From Rebecca billardiae RCC1528 (lineage: Eukaryota; Protista; Haptophyta), in contig OZ251249.1 in assembly GCA_965240325.2 (NCBI GenBank), positions 186,001 to 250,000 of the forward strand: a stretch of DNA of 64,000 bases, given 5' to 3'. The position numbers and the translations under genes were made by a program. The notes beneath the pieces were generated by a model. The model made no database searches, was not told where the DNA came from, and saw only the letters and a list, made by a program, of their open reading frames with translations. Each line of letters opens with the position of its first letter. Within the stretch, counting starts at the first letter, position 1. Below are positions 32,888 to 45,551 of the stretch, piece after piece.

Positions 32888-33420
32888 ATGGCGCAGGCGC
32901 TGCGGGACGAGGCGGACGTCGTCACGCCGATGACGGATGCGCTGCGATTCGTGTGCCTGCGTGAGCAGCTCGTGCCCACTCTCAATCGCGAGGCGCACAC
33001 GCTGTCGCTGTACGCGCGCGCGCGCACAACCAACAGCTCCTCGTGCCGCCAAACACGCGGGCGCCAGACCTGTCGAAGACGCGAAGAGCGACGACCGCGT
33101 GAACGTCAACGCGCTCGTGCTCAGCCTGGCGGCCGTGTACGATGTCAACGCGACCTTCGCCGAGCCCATCAAGCCCGGAGCGGACATCGGCAAGCGTCCT
33201 CGCGACGACCGCTCTCGGCTGGCGGCAGGAGGACATGCACACGATCTACTCTGACGGCTTCGTCGGCGGCGAGGCGCTCGATTACGCCATCGCGGTCGAG
33301 ATGCGGCGCATACAGCGCGTACCCGCGCTCGCGCGGAGCAACGGGCTACCCGCCCCGCCCCGCGTGCTGCACATTCCCTCGTGGGTGTGGGCCTCGCTGA
33401 TCGGCGCACGTAAACGTACC
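32888..33420 (+). pseudogene. Degenerate coding remnant, ending in a possible Ulp1/C48 peptidase N-terminal motif
   Basis: Host-like codon usage that hops frames; EDMHTIYSDGFVGGEALDYAI..RVLHIPSWVWASL. Confidence 0.35.
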
Positions 33421-34862
33421 GCTGACCGCACCGCTGACCGCACCGGGAGAACTTCACAGGTGTCACTGGTCCGACTGTCCGTCACCCACGGCCACGAGCG
33501 AATGCTGTGGAAAGACGCGAACCCGCAGAGGAAACACTGCGACGAAAGCACTGGCACGGCCCGCCGACCCCCCCGCCCGCCGCCAGGGCGCAGCACATGC
33601 AGCGCAGTCGTTATTATCTCTTTGGTACCCATGGTGAAGCCCCGGTCCCGGGGCTTCGTGCATGGCGGCACTTCGAGCCTCCGCCGCGAGGCATAGAAGC
33701 TGGTGCGTCGGTGGGGATCTTGCTGGGCATGTTGCGCATGATGTCTTGTACCCTCACCGTGGCCGTCGTCTCGTTGTCCACCGTGTTACGGCCTGCACAA
33801 TGCACGCGATCGTGCGCGGTGCCGGGCAGACGTCTGTGTGAGCCGCGCAGCATCCGCGTGCCGCTTCCATCGGCTCTGCTGAGGTACGTTGTGGGTGCGT
33901 TGTGTGAGGGAGGCTGTGAGACGTGTCGCTGATCCCCTCAGGATAGCTGCTAAGGTGCGTCTCGACCAATATGCAGGCGTGGATGCTAGCTGCGTTGCGT
34001 AGTGTATGGCCCCGCCGGCTGACGCCAATCGCGGCCAATCCGTTATCCGACTGCTCCGCCGCCGCGGGCGGTCGTGCCGTGCTCTCACACGGGTAGTCCG
34101 TGGCGGCTGCACGGCACCAAGTGCGCTGCTACAGTCAGGCGTGCCGGGGCAGCTTATTGTAGCCTGCTCATGTAGTTCAGTCACCCCAGTCCACATCTGA
34201 GTCGCCCCATGCCGCATAATCCGTCAGCTACGGCCTCTGAGTGCGGATGTGACGTGACTGACGTGATATGTCGTACGACTGGTCACTCGTCGCGGTCGGC
34301 GGGCGGTCGCGGTCGCATTCGGCGACACCGTTGTCAGCACGGCTGCCCCGCGCCGTAATCATGTGGCGGCGCGTCAGCCCGAGCACATCGCCCATCGGCT
34401 GAGTGGACGAACTACATAGGCAGAGAAGGGGTTCGCCGCCGCCGCATTGGTGAATGGGGCACCCTGACCGAGGCCACGCTGGGGCAATTGACATCGAGTC
34501 ACGACAGCACGCGCAATGGCTATAGCAGTAGCGCTCGTTTGCGGTGATGTACTAGTAGTAGTATACTACTATAAGTGTCATCGTCAATAAATAAAGTGAT
34601 GACGAAGCCCCCGCGCGGACTCGACAGATGCGCATGGCACGGCACTCAGTACATCATCAGGCTGGCAGCCGGTCAAGCGGCGGTAACTCGATGGCTGACG
34701 CCGACGATATCACGACATCCGCATCGATCGTCGGTATAGCTAGGCATCTGCCCATCATCACTGCTACACTGAATCCGCGCCGCCTGACAACATCATCTGT
34801 CGCGTCCGCGTCGTCGATCCCGCCGTACGTCGCGGTACGACCCGGCGCGTACGTCAGCCAGC

Positions 34863-37800
34863 TCAGATGCTGAAGACGGGGTAGAAGTTGGGCCCGGCGG
34901 CGGCGGCGCTGCGCGCGGCCTGCCTGCGCTCCTCCTCCTCCGCCTCCTCGGCGAGCCGGCGGCGCTCGGCGGCGGCCTCGGCGACGAGGCGGCGGTGCCG
35001 CCTGCGCAGGTAGAAGAAGGCGACGGCGGAGAAGATGGCAACTACGACCACCGCGAGCGTGAGCATCGCCGCCGCGAGCGCGGCCGCGCGCTGCGGGTCG
35101 GAGAGCTCGGCGTTCGCGTCGTCGTCGTCGTCGTCGCCACCGCCGCCGCCGCTCGCCGCGTCGGCGTTGGCCGCCTTGATGCGCACGCGCATCGGCTCGG
35201 CGTTCTGGTCGATGACGGCGCCGGCGCGCGTGCGCGTGGAGAGCGTGAACGAGCCCGAGAACGTCTCCTCCAGCGGGTTCTGCAGGTGCTGCACGTGGAT
35301 CCTGTGCCGCTCGCCCGGAGCCGTGTCCTCCGCCTCGTCGCCGAATCGCGTCGCCGTGATGATGCTGTCGTCCGCGACCGTCGTGCCGTTGCCGCCCGAC
35401 GACTCGACGTCGAACTCGCCCTCGATGCGCTCGATGCCGCGCGCGGACTGCGAGACGACGCCGACCGAGCCCGCAAAGGTGAAGCCGCCGAGCGCCGGGC
35501 TGAGCAGCCTGAAGCCGCGCGGCAGCTGCAGCACGAGCTGACCGTCTGCCGGGATCGCGTTCGTTGTGCTGAACGTGACGCGCGCGCCGGTGATGGCGCC
35601 CGCCGAGTCGTCGTCCAGCTCGAGCGTCACGTCCAGAAGCTCGTGCGGCCGAATCGAGAGCACGGGCGCGCTCGTGCCCGCCGACGAGTCGACCAGCCGC
35701 CCCTCGGCGTCGTACAGCTCGGCGCCCTCGCGCGCGTACTCGCCCGCCGAGCGCGGGTTGATCAGCCCGGCGATCCGCAGCGCGAACACGACACCTGCGC
35801 GCAGCACGCCGCCGTCCGCGCGCGCGGCGGCGCCGGCCGGGTCGGCGTGCTTGAGCGTGTACCGCGTGCGGTTGGCAAGCCCGAGGCCCGCCGCCACCGA
35901 CCTGCCGCCGCTCGCCGCGCTCCGCGCCAGCGAGAGGTCCACGTCGACGAGCGGCGAGAGCGGCGGACACGCCCACGCCGCGCCGCCGCCGCCGCCGGGC
36001 TCCGCGACCGCCGCCCCCTCGAGCGCGGAGCACGCCCGGTCGTACGCGAACGCGCCGTGTGTCTCCGCGCCGAGCACGCTCGACTCGACCGAGAAGTCGG
36101 CGGGCAAGTAGAGCGCGAGCGACGCGCCTGGCTCGAACGGGTTGGAGAGCACCATGAACGCGACGAGCGACGAGCGCGCGCCTGCGGTGCGCGGCGGTGC
36201 GCGTGCGTGCGCGCGTGGGTGGGTGCGTGCGTGCGGCGGCGGTGAGCGCAGACGGCTGGGCGCGCGTCCACCGCGCGCCCACCGCGCGTGGCGCGGGCGC
36301 GCACGCACGCGCGCACCGACTCGGCTCTCGTCGAGCTCCATCGCCACCAAGAGCCTATTTGGAAGGACCGCAGGCGCGAGCGCCGAGCCCTGCACCTCGT
36401 CCACCGCGGCGCCGAGCGCGCTGCCTGCGGGGCGCGGGGGTCGCGGGGGCGGCGGGCGGCGGCAAGAGGGCGAGGCGGGTGAGGGTGAAAGTGAGGGTGA
36501 GAGTTAGGGTGAGGGTGAGGGTGAGGGTTAGGGTTTGGAGAGTGCTGGCGGCGCGACAGCGGGGAGGGCCGCGGCGCGGCGGCGGCGCGCGCACCCTCGG
36601 CGCCAAAGCGCGTCTCGACCCACAGCCCGGGCAGCGCGCCAATCTCGAACCGAGGCAGCGTGATCCCAGACGCGATCTCGAGATCGATCGTGGTGTTGGC
36701 GCTCACGTTGCCCGCGCCGAGCCCGAGCCCGGCCACCAGGTCGAGCTCCAGCACGGTGGCGTTGGCGGTGCCGTTGTAGTCCGCGTCGCGCACGGCGCCG
36801 GGCTCGGCCCACGCGCGCACGGGCACGGGCGCGAGCGGCGGCAGCGGCTCGCCCGCCGAGCCCACCGCCGCGCGGATCAGCGCGCCGTCGGGCTCAAACC
36901 GCATGAGCGCGCCCAGCGTGAGGAGCACCACGCCGCCCTCGGGCAGCGGGTTGGACGTGCGCACGCGCAGCGCCAGGCCCGTGGACGCGCCCGCGCGCGG
37001 CTCGGTGAAGGCGGCGCGGTCGATGGCGAGCACGCCTGCGCCGCGCGGCGGTGGCGGGGCGGCGGCGCGGCGGCCGCGGTGGTGGGGCGACGGGCGGTGG
37101 GCGCCTCAGCGCGCGCGTGCACGCGCGCGCGCGCTTGCGCGCTGTGCGCGCCGCCGCCCGCCCGCCAGGCAGCGGCGCGGCGCACGCCGGCGCGGCGCGG
37201 GGGGCCAGGCGCGGGGACGCGGGGGCGCAGGCGCGGCGGCGGCAGCGGCGCACCGGGCTCGATCTCGACGGGGTCGAAGGGCGGCGCCTCGTCAATCACC
37301 GCGCCCGCGCCCGTGAGCGTCGACAGCTCGAAGCAGCACGAGGCGTGCGACCATGGCGGCAGCCGCACGCTCCTCAGCTCGAGCAGATGGTACAGCCCGC
37401 CCGCGCGGAGCGTCGCGAAGCCGGCGCGGCGCACGCGGACGAGCGTGCCGCCGCCCGCGCCGACCGCGCCGAGCGAGCCGCCCTGCAGCGCGGCGCGCGC
37501 GGCCGCGGGCAGCTCCGCGTCGCTGAGCGCGTCCGCGCCCGCAGCGATCCCCGCGAGCTCGAGCGTGCCTGTCAGCTGCGCGTACAGCGCCAGCGCGCTC
37601 GGGCCGAGCGGCACGAGCGGCTGCGAGCCGGCGGCCGCGAGCGAGAGCGGCGAGGGCGAGACGAACGAGGCGGTCTCGGCCGTGACCTCGTACCCGTTGG
37701 GCAGCCGGACGGCGAGCTCGGCGTCGGCGGGGAGCGGGTTGAACGTTTGGAAGAGCAGCTGCAGTCGTACCACCGAGCCGGCGCGCACGTCTGACGTGCC

Positions 37801-40800
37801 CGACGCCGACTCGCGCAGCACGTTGGGCACGACGACGACGGTGCCGTTGGACGCGCCGACGGTCGAGTCGATCGCCGAGGCGGCCGAGGCGGCGGTGACG
37901 ACGTGCGCGCCGGCGGGCGTGGCCGAGGCGGGCGGCGCGCGGATGCCGCTGAGCGTGAGCGCGTGCGCGTCGCGCGGCAGCATCGGCGTCGCCTCCGCGT
38001 CTTCAGAAGAGCCGCGCGCAAGAAGCAGCACCAGCCGACACTCGCCGATCGCGCTGGGCGAAGCCGCGGCGGCGAGCGCGGTCGAGCGCGCGCTCGCGCA
38101 CGCGGCCGCGCTGGCGTGGCCGGCCTGGCCGGCGCTGAAGCCGTCGGCGAGCTCCGTGCCGAACGAGTAGCGTCCGCTGAGCGCGCTGAAAGTTCCGTCC
38201 AGCGGCTGGAGGGACGGCTGCGTCGCGCCGACGTCCTCCGCCTCCGCCTCGCCGCCGCCCTGCAGCAGCAGCGCGCGCAGCGCGCGCCACGCGCGCGCGG
38301 CGCGCGCGCGCGACGAGCCGTCCCCATACAGCGCGCCGTCGGCAGCGCCGCCGTCGTCGGCGCCGAGCGCGTCCGTGACGCGCACCGCGCCGAGCGCGCT
38401 CGCGAGCGCAAAGCCAGGCGGCAGCGCCAGCCAGACGAGGCTGTTCGCCTCGAGGCGCGACGCGTGCGCGAACGCGTACGAGATTGCAATCTCGGCGCCC
38501 GCGCGGCGCGGCGCCGCGGTCGCGGCGAGCGCGTACGCCGGGCTCGGCGCCATCGGCGCGAGGAGGGCGACGGCGTCGCGCGGCGCGCCGGGCGGCGTCG
38601 CGGCGAACGAAGAGTTGGCCGACGCCTGCCCGCGCGTGTACGCGTGCACGGTGAGCGTCGTCAGCGCCGCCGGCAGCGCGAGGGGCCCCAGCGAGAAGCG
38701 CACGCGCGCGCCCGCCGGCAGCGGCGCGGGCGCGCCCGCGCCGCCGGCCGCCGCGCCGCCGTCGAGCCGGCGCGCGACGGAGAGCGACGTGGTGCCGGCG
38801 GCCGAGCCCTCGAAGCGCGCGCGCACGTCCCACGCGGCCTCCGGGCCCGTCGCGTTGCCAGCGAGCGGCGTCGCTTCCGCCCAGCCCGCCTCCACCACGC
38901 CCACCGCCGCCGCCGCCGCCGCCGACCACGGCGCGAGCGCCGCGGGCAGCTCGACGACGACGTCGCCGCCCGCCGGGAGCGGGTTGGCGAGGACGAGGTC
39001 GAGGGTGAGGGACGTGGCGGCCGCGCCCGCGCGCGCGTCGGCAAAGGTAGCGCCCGTGCCGCCGCCGCCCACGCCGAGCACGCCCGCGCTCACGCCCAGT
39101 CGCAGCCCGCCACCCGCCGAGTGCAGGAGTGTCTCGGACGTGTCCGAGCGCAGCAGCGCGAGCGCCGCGCCGCCCGACACGCCCGCGCGCAGCGGCAGCC
39201 GGACTCCGAGGATCCGGACTTGCACCTCGATCTGTGCAGACAGCAGCGCGGCGGTGGCGTTCAGCAGGACCGTGCGATTCGACAGACCGACCGCGTCGCG
39301 CACGCCGTCGCCGTCCACGTCCGCGCCGTCGTCGGCGGCGGCGAGCAGCGGGTCTGGGCAGTCGAGCCGCGCGGCCATGGCCGCGAGCGCGCCGCCGGCG
39401 CCGAGCGCCGCGTCGGCGTGCGCGCCGCCGAGCACGGCGCTCCCGACTAGCTGCGCGTCCGCAAGTAGCGACACGCTCGCGCCCTCGCCGCCGCGCGCGA
39501 TCTCAAAGCCGCACGGCAGCACCGCCGCGAGCACAAGGTCGGCGCCGCCCGCGCCGCCGGCCGCGGCGAGCGCGGCCGCGCTCGGCGGCGTGAACGCGAG
39601 GCGCAGCTCCGAGGTGGCGCCCGCGCGCGGAACGGCGGCGAAGGTGACGCGAGCGTCCGAGAGTCCGGTGGGCGTCAAGCTGAACGGCGAGCTCGACGAC
39701 GACGACGCCGACGCCGCGAGCAGCTCGCCGCCCGCCGTGCGCGCGAGCAGCGTCGCGCGCACCGCCGCGCCGGCGTACGACGGCGCGCGAATGCCCTCCA
39801 CCTGCAGCGTGAAGGCCGCATCGGCGCTCGAGCCGTCCAGCTCGGCGCCGCCGTCGGGGCGGGCGAGCGTAAGCAACAGGCCGTCGAGCGCAAAGCTGTT
39901 CACGTCAATGGGCCGCACCGTGGACGGTGCGGTGAGGCACGCCGTCAGCGCGGCGCACGAGCCCAGCGCCGCCGTCGGCGCCGCGACGACCGTCAGCGCC
40001 TCGACCACGCCGCCCGCGCCGCCGCCGCCCGCGAGCAGCAGCCGCGCGCCGGGCGGCGGGCCGGTCCGGTTCGCGAGCGCGTACGTGGCGGGCAGCGCGA
40101 GCTGGAGCTGCGCGCCGACGGGCAGTGGGTGCGGCAGCGTGAAGTTGAGCTCGAGCGTCTCCGCGTCGAGCGGCGGCGCGCGCGTGCCGCCCGCCGCGGG
40201 CGCGGCGGGCGCGAGCGCGAGGGGCGTGAGCACGGCTGCGCTGAACGTGGGCAGCGCCACTGCGAGCGCCGCCTCGACGGTGGCGGACGCGCCGGCGGCG
40301 GCGGCGGCGGGCGCGTCGCCCGCGACGAGCGCCGCGCCCCCCGCCGCGCTCGTGTTGAGCACGCCCACCGCCACCGTCGGCAGCGCCCCGGACGGGTCCG
40401 GCACGGCGGCGGGCGCCGTGACAAAGTCGAGCGAGACGACGAGCGTGCCGCCGGCGCCGAGCGCGCACGCGCCGCCGTCGTCCGCGCACGCCAGCAGCAA
40501 GAGCGTGGCGCCGTCGGGCGCATCCGCCTCCGCCTCGCCGCCGAGCAGCAGCGCGGGCGGCGAGGTGGACACGTTCGCCGCGCTCACCACGAGCGCCGCG
40601 CCGAGCGCCGTCGCGCCCGCCGCCGCCTCGAGCCCGAGCGCCGCGCCGGCGGCCGCCGCGTCGGCCGACGCGTCGGCGGAGATGGTCGCGGCGTCCGCGC
40701 CGAGCGCGGCCGGCAGGCGAACGACTGCGAACGGAGCGAGTGGCGGCGGGGAGAGGGCGGTGCCCGGGCCGAGCGTGATGCTCAGGTACGCCGTCGCCTC

Positions 40801-43800
40801 CGCGCGCACCACCGCGCTGCTCAGCACGAGCTGCGCGCCGCCCAGCCCGAGGATCCCCACCTGCAGCGCCGCGCCGCCGTCTCGGCCCAGGATGAAACCG
40901 CCGTTGTAACCGCCAGTGGAGGCGGCGGCGTCGGCGGCGTCGGCGGCGCGGTCGGTTCGGTGGAGCCGCAAGCCAAAGGGCTGGCTGGTCTGCGCGGCGG
41001 CGGGGGCGCGCAGCACGCCGCCCGCGCCCGAGCCGTCGCTCAGCACGAGCGCGTGCACCGCGCCGCCGCCGCCGCCGCCGAGCAGCGCGGCCGCCGCCTT
41101 GGGGAGCTGCACCGCCAGCGCGCCCGCCACCGCGCCCGCGGCGGCGGCGGCCGAGGCAAAGCCCGCGGCGCCGAGCGCGGCCGCGTCCGCGTACGCGGTG
41201 ACGTTGAGGGCGGCGGCGAGCTCGGTGCTGCCCGCCGCGCTCGCGTCGTCGAAGCCGAAGCCCTCCTCGCCCCCGCTCGCCAGCCGGAGCAGCCGCGCGC
41301 TCGGCGCCTCGCCGAGCAACGCCAGCGGCGTCGGGACGGCGACGACGACGACGACGACGGACGCCGCCGAGCCGGCGGCGGCGTCGGCGGCGTCGGCGGC
41401 GTCGCTCACGTCGGCGGCGGCGGTGGCGTCGAGCGCGAAGCGCAGCGCGAGGTCGGCGCGCGCGCCCACCCGCGCGTCCGAGAGCGCCACCGCGCCGCGC
41501 CCGAGCGCGCGCAGCGGCAGCCCCAGCCCCACCGTCTGCCCGTCCCGCTGCCGGCCGCCAAAGCTGACGTGCCGCACGTGCGCCGAAACGTTGTCGGCGG
41601 CGGCGGCGTCGCCGGCCGGGATGACACCGGAGATGGCGAGGGCGTAGGTGGCGTTGGCGGGCGCGGTGGTGCCGCCCGAGCGCATCACGAGCACGTCCAC
41701 GCCGCCCTCGATCGTCGCGCGCGCGCCCGCGGACACGCTCAGCGCGCCGTCCAGCGGCGCGGAGACGTTTCCGAGAAGCGTCGCGGCCGCGGCCGCAACG
41801 TCTAGCGAAAATCCGGGCGGCAGGCTGAGCCGGACTCCGTCCCACCGGCCGAGGGGCTGCGGCGGCGTGAGCGTGAGCGTGAGCGTGGTGGGCGGCGCGG
41901 AGGCGCGCGCGTCCGCCAGCTCGACGCGCACGTCGCGCAGCCCGTCCAGCTCCAGCGCGAGCGAGTCGCCCGAGAAGACGTCGATGAGCGCCGAACCTTC
42001 CGCGGAACCTTCCGGCGCCGTGCGCGTCACCAGCGCGATCGGCTCGAGCGTCCGCCGCGATCCGGGCGTCCAGAGTCCGGCGATGCGCACGCCGACGGGC
42101 GTGCCCGCCGGCACGGCGCTCGCGCCGCTCCCGGAGCGCGCCACCTGCACCACCAGCCGCCCCTCCGCCGTCGGCGCGAGCAGCGACGCCGCGAGCGCGC
42201 CGTCGAGCGTCGCGCCGACGGGCGCGCGCGTGCCGTTGCCGTTGTCGCGCGCGCCCACCGCGGCGGCAGAGAGGGGCGCGCCGGCGTAGGCGGAGGCGAG
42301 GGCAAAGTCGGGGGGCAGCACGAGCTCGAGCGCGCCGCCCGGCGGCCACAGCGCCGACGGCGAGATCACGATCTCGAGGCTCGCCTCCGCGTCGGCGCGC
42401 GCGGGCGAGAGCGCCGCAGCCACAGACAGAGGCGCGCCGGGCTCGACCGCGAGGCCCGCCGCATCGGCGTCGGCGGTGGCGACGAGGGCGAGCGCGCGCG
42501 CGGGCTCGCCGGAGACGCACGCGCCCGCGTCGGCCACGCCGTCCGCGTCCACGTCCGCCGTCACGTTCGACGCGTTCCCGCCGCCGCACCCGCCGTACTC
42601 GAGCGCTACCCACGACGAAACTGAAACGGCCGAGGCCGGCTTGGCGTGCGGCGGCGCGCGCAGCCCGTGGACCTCCAGCTCGATCAGGGTCTCGTTGTAT
42701 GTGAGGCTGACGAAGCCGGGCGCGCCGGGCTCGCCGTCGAGCAGCGCCGCGAGCAGCGCCGCGCCGTCCGCCGGCGCGGCCGGCGTCGCCGCCGCCACCT
42801 CCAGCCGCAGCGTGAGGCTCGCGCCCTGCGCGGCCGACGCGGCCGCGCACGCGCGCCGCGCCGCCGCCGTCACCGCCAGAGTGAGAGTGTCGCCGCCGAA
42901 GGGATGGGTGGCGGAGGCGTTGGCGGGCACCGCGCCGCCCGGCCCGCCGAGCGCGCGGCGCGCGCGCGCGCCGCTCGCGTACGCCTCGAGCGCCCAACCC
43001 CCCGCGGCCGTTTCGCCCGCCGTTACGCACGTGTAACCGCCGCCGAGCGTGAGCTCGAGCCCGCCGACGGTGCCGTTGCCGCCCGGCAGCCCCAGGGGCA
43101 GGCGCAGGCGGAGGCGCAGCGCGGTGGGCGCGCCGACGGTGGGGTCGGAGAGCGACGCGCCCAGCACCGACGCCTCCGCGGGCAAGATGCCGACCTCCAG
43201 CCCCGCCAGCGCGCGCTCGAGCTCGGCGGCGCCGCCGCTTGCCAGCGTCGCCAGAGCCGCGCTCCCAAAGGTCAGCAGCGCCGCCGCCGCGGCGCTGGCG
43301 GGCGGCTCGCTGGGAAGGTAAGCGCTCGAGCGCGCGGGCGCGCGGATCGCGGGGAGGCGCAGCTGCAGGCTCGCCCCCGCCGGCGCGCGCAGCGCCGCGG
43401 ACGCGCCCCCGGACCCGTCGAACACGAGCTGCACCGCCGGACCGCGCGCCGCGGCCGCGAGCGCCGCCGAGATCGAATCTGGCGCCGCCGAGATTGTATC
43501 TCGAGAGGCCGCGGCCACGCGCGCGCTGTAGCTGCCGTTGAGCGCGCCGCCGGACGCGGCGTCGTACACGAGCACGCTCGCGAGCTCGCCGAGCGCCAGC
43601 CCCGCCTCGAACGCCGCGGGCAGCACCACGCGCACCGCCGCCGCGCTCGGCGCCGCCGCGGCCGCCGCCGCCTCGGCCGCGGCCGCGCCGACGGGCGCGG
43701 CGCTCGGCAGGGCTGACTCGAGCGTGCAGTTGAGGCTGAGAACACTCAGAGCGCGCGGGCGCGGCTCGGCGAGCGTGACGGACGCGTCGCGCAGGCCGGA

Positions 43801-44706
43801 GACGCGGAGCAGCGCCGGCGGCGCGCCCAGCTCCTCCGCCGGCGCCACGTTGAGAACCGCGCCCGCGCCGTCGGCGGTGAGCGCGCGGCTGAGCGCGCGG
43901 AAGGGCGCGGCCGGCGGCGCGCGCGGCAGTGCGAGCGGACCGAGCGAGATTGCAATCTCGCCGGAGGGGAGGTCGGCGGCGGCGAAGGTGAGCGTGAGGT
44001 TGAGCGCGGCGTCCTCCGCGCCCGCGTTGTCCAGCGCCGCGCCGAGCACCACGCCGCCCACGCTCGAGCTCAGCAGCGCGAGCCCGGCCAGCGCCGCGCC
44101 GCTGTTGGCCCCAGCCGAGCCGCCTGAGCCGTCGGCCGCGGCCGAGCCGTCCGCGCGCAGCTCGGGCGCGAGCGAGAGGAGGAGGGCGCCGCCCTGCGGC
44201 ACGCCGTCCGCGAGGAAGAGCGAGAGGTGGAGCTGCGCGCCCATCGCGCCCGCGCGCGCGTCCGACAGCGTCGCCGAGATCGCGCTGAGGATCGGCTCGG
44301 GCGGCGGCGGGCTCGGCGGCGGCGAGGGCGGCGGGCTCGGCGGCGGCGACGGCGGCGGCGACGGCGGCGGGCGCGGCGGCGGGCTGGGCGGCGGCGGCGA
44401 GGGCGGCGGGCTGGGCGGCGGGCTGGGCGGCGGCGGGCTGGGCGGCGGAGACGGCGGCGGGCTCGGCGGCGGGAGCGGCGGCGGCGGGCTCGGCGGCGGG
44501 AGCGGCGGCGGTGAGGGCGGCGGGCTCGGCGGCGGGCTCGGCGGCGGCTTGGGCGGGCTCGGCGGCGCGCTCGGCGGCGGCGGGCTCGGCGGCGGGCTGG
44601 GCGGCGGGCGCGGCGGTGGGCTGGGCGGCGGGCTGGGCGGTGGGCTCGGCGGGCCGGGCGGCGGGCTCGGCGGCGGCGGGCTCGGTGGCGGGCTCGGCGG
44701 CGGGCT

Positions 44707-44737
<31 letters not shown>

Positions 44738-44896
44738 GGCGGGCTCGGCGGCGGCGGGCGTGGCGGCGAGCCCGGCGGCGGGCTCGGGGGCGGGCGCGGC
44801 GGCGCGCTCGGCGGCGGCGGGCGCGGCGGCGAGCTCGGCGGCGGGCTCGGCGGCGGGCGCGGCGGCGCGCTCGGCGGCGCGCTCGGCGGCGGGCTC

Positions 44897-44936
<40 letters not shown>

Positions 44937-45111
44937 TCGGCGGCGGGCTCGGCGGCGGGCTCGGCGGCGCGAGCGGCGGCGGGCTGGGCGGCGGGCGGGG
45001 CGGCGGACTGGGCGCCTGCCCGGCGACGCCGCATGCCGCCGCGAGCACGAGCGTCAGCAGCGCGCGGGAGCCCGCGCCGCCGCGCCGGCGTTGCGCGCGC
45101 GCCGCCCTCAT
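34863..45111 (-). CDS. Giant (~3,240 aa) type I surface protein: signal peptide, SPPP stalk, about 14 beta-sandwich-like repeats, TM helix and short tail
   Basis: Exons 45111-37254, 37035-36595, 36424-36317 and 36181-34863 join in frame (9,726 nt). Recurrent motif LsDaRaGA..l.l.f...npLp.gg.l.l.LP.gf. TM LAAAMLTLAVVVVAIFSAVAFFYL followed by RRRHRR. Confidence 0.85.
36476..36538. repeat. Telomere-like (TGAGGG/TTAGGG)n tract in intron 36425-36594
   Basis: The sense (minus) strand is C-rich: AAACCCTAACCCTCACCCTCACCCTCACCCTAAC... Confidence 0.9.
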
Positions 45112-45551
45112 CCTGCGCCAGTGGGCGGTGAGTGGGCACCGGCGCGGGCGGTAGGCGGCCCAGTGGCAGTGCTGCTTTGTGTGAAAGCATATCAGGAATA
45201 GCAGCCAATAGCTGCGCCGTTTGGACGATCATAGGGCAGGCGTTCTGGTGCCTTTAAGTTCGACGTTTACCCGCATATCGCTTCGGGGCTTGGTGGGCAA
45301 GTTTGGCTTGGGCGCGCCCGGCACAAGCCCGGACGCACGCGTGCACGACCCAGTCCGGATGCAGAACGCCACCGCGCGGCCCCGGTTTCAAAGTGAGCCA
45401 TAGGCGGGTACTCAGCGCTGACTACTGGCACCGAAATACCCGCCTATCACCGGGCGGGTATCGACTGCGTACACGCACATTGCAGCAGGCGCTCCCAAAA
45501 TCTTGCGTCCCGCGTGGCGGATCCCCGGCGTGTGTACAACTTAGCGGCGGC

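Noticed and set aside
33636-33657. GAAGCCCCGG-TC-CCGGGGCTTC hairpin as a Helitron 3' end or terminator
   Set aside because: No CTRR at the expected distance on either strand and no U-tract.
34550-34605. AT-rich palindrome TAGTAGTATACTACTA plus AATAAA
   Set aside because: Low-complexity 3' region; cannot be tied to a transcript or an element end.
38375-45232. 1775-aa, 844-aa and 538-aa overlapping ORFs
   Set aside because: Alternative or antisense frames of the giant minus-strand gene; absence of stops is expected at this GC content.
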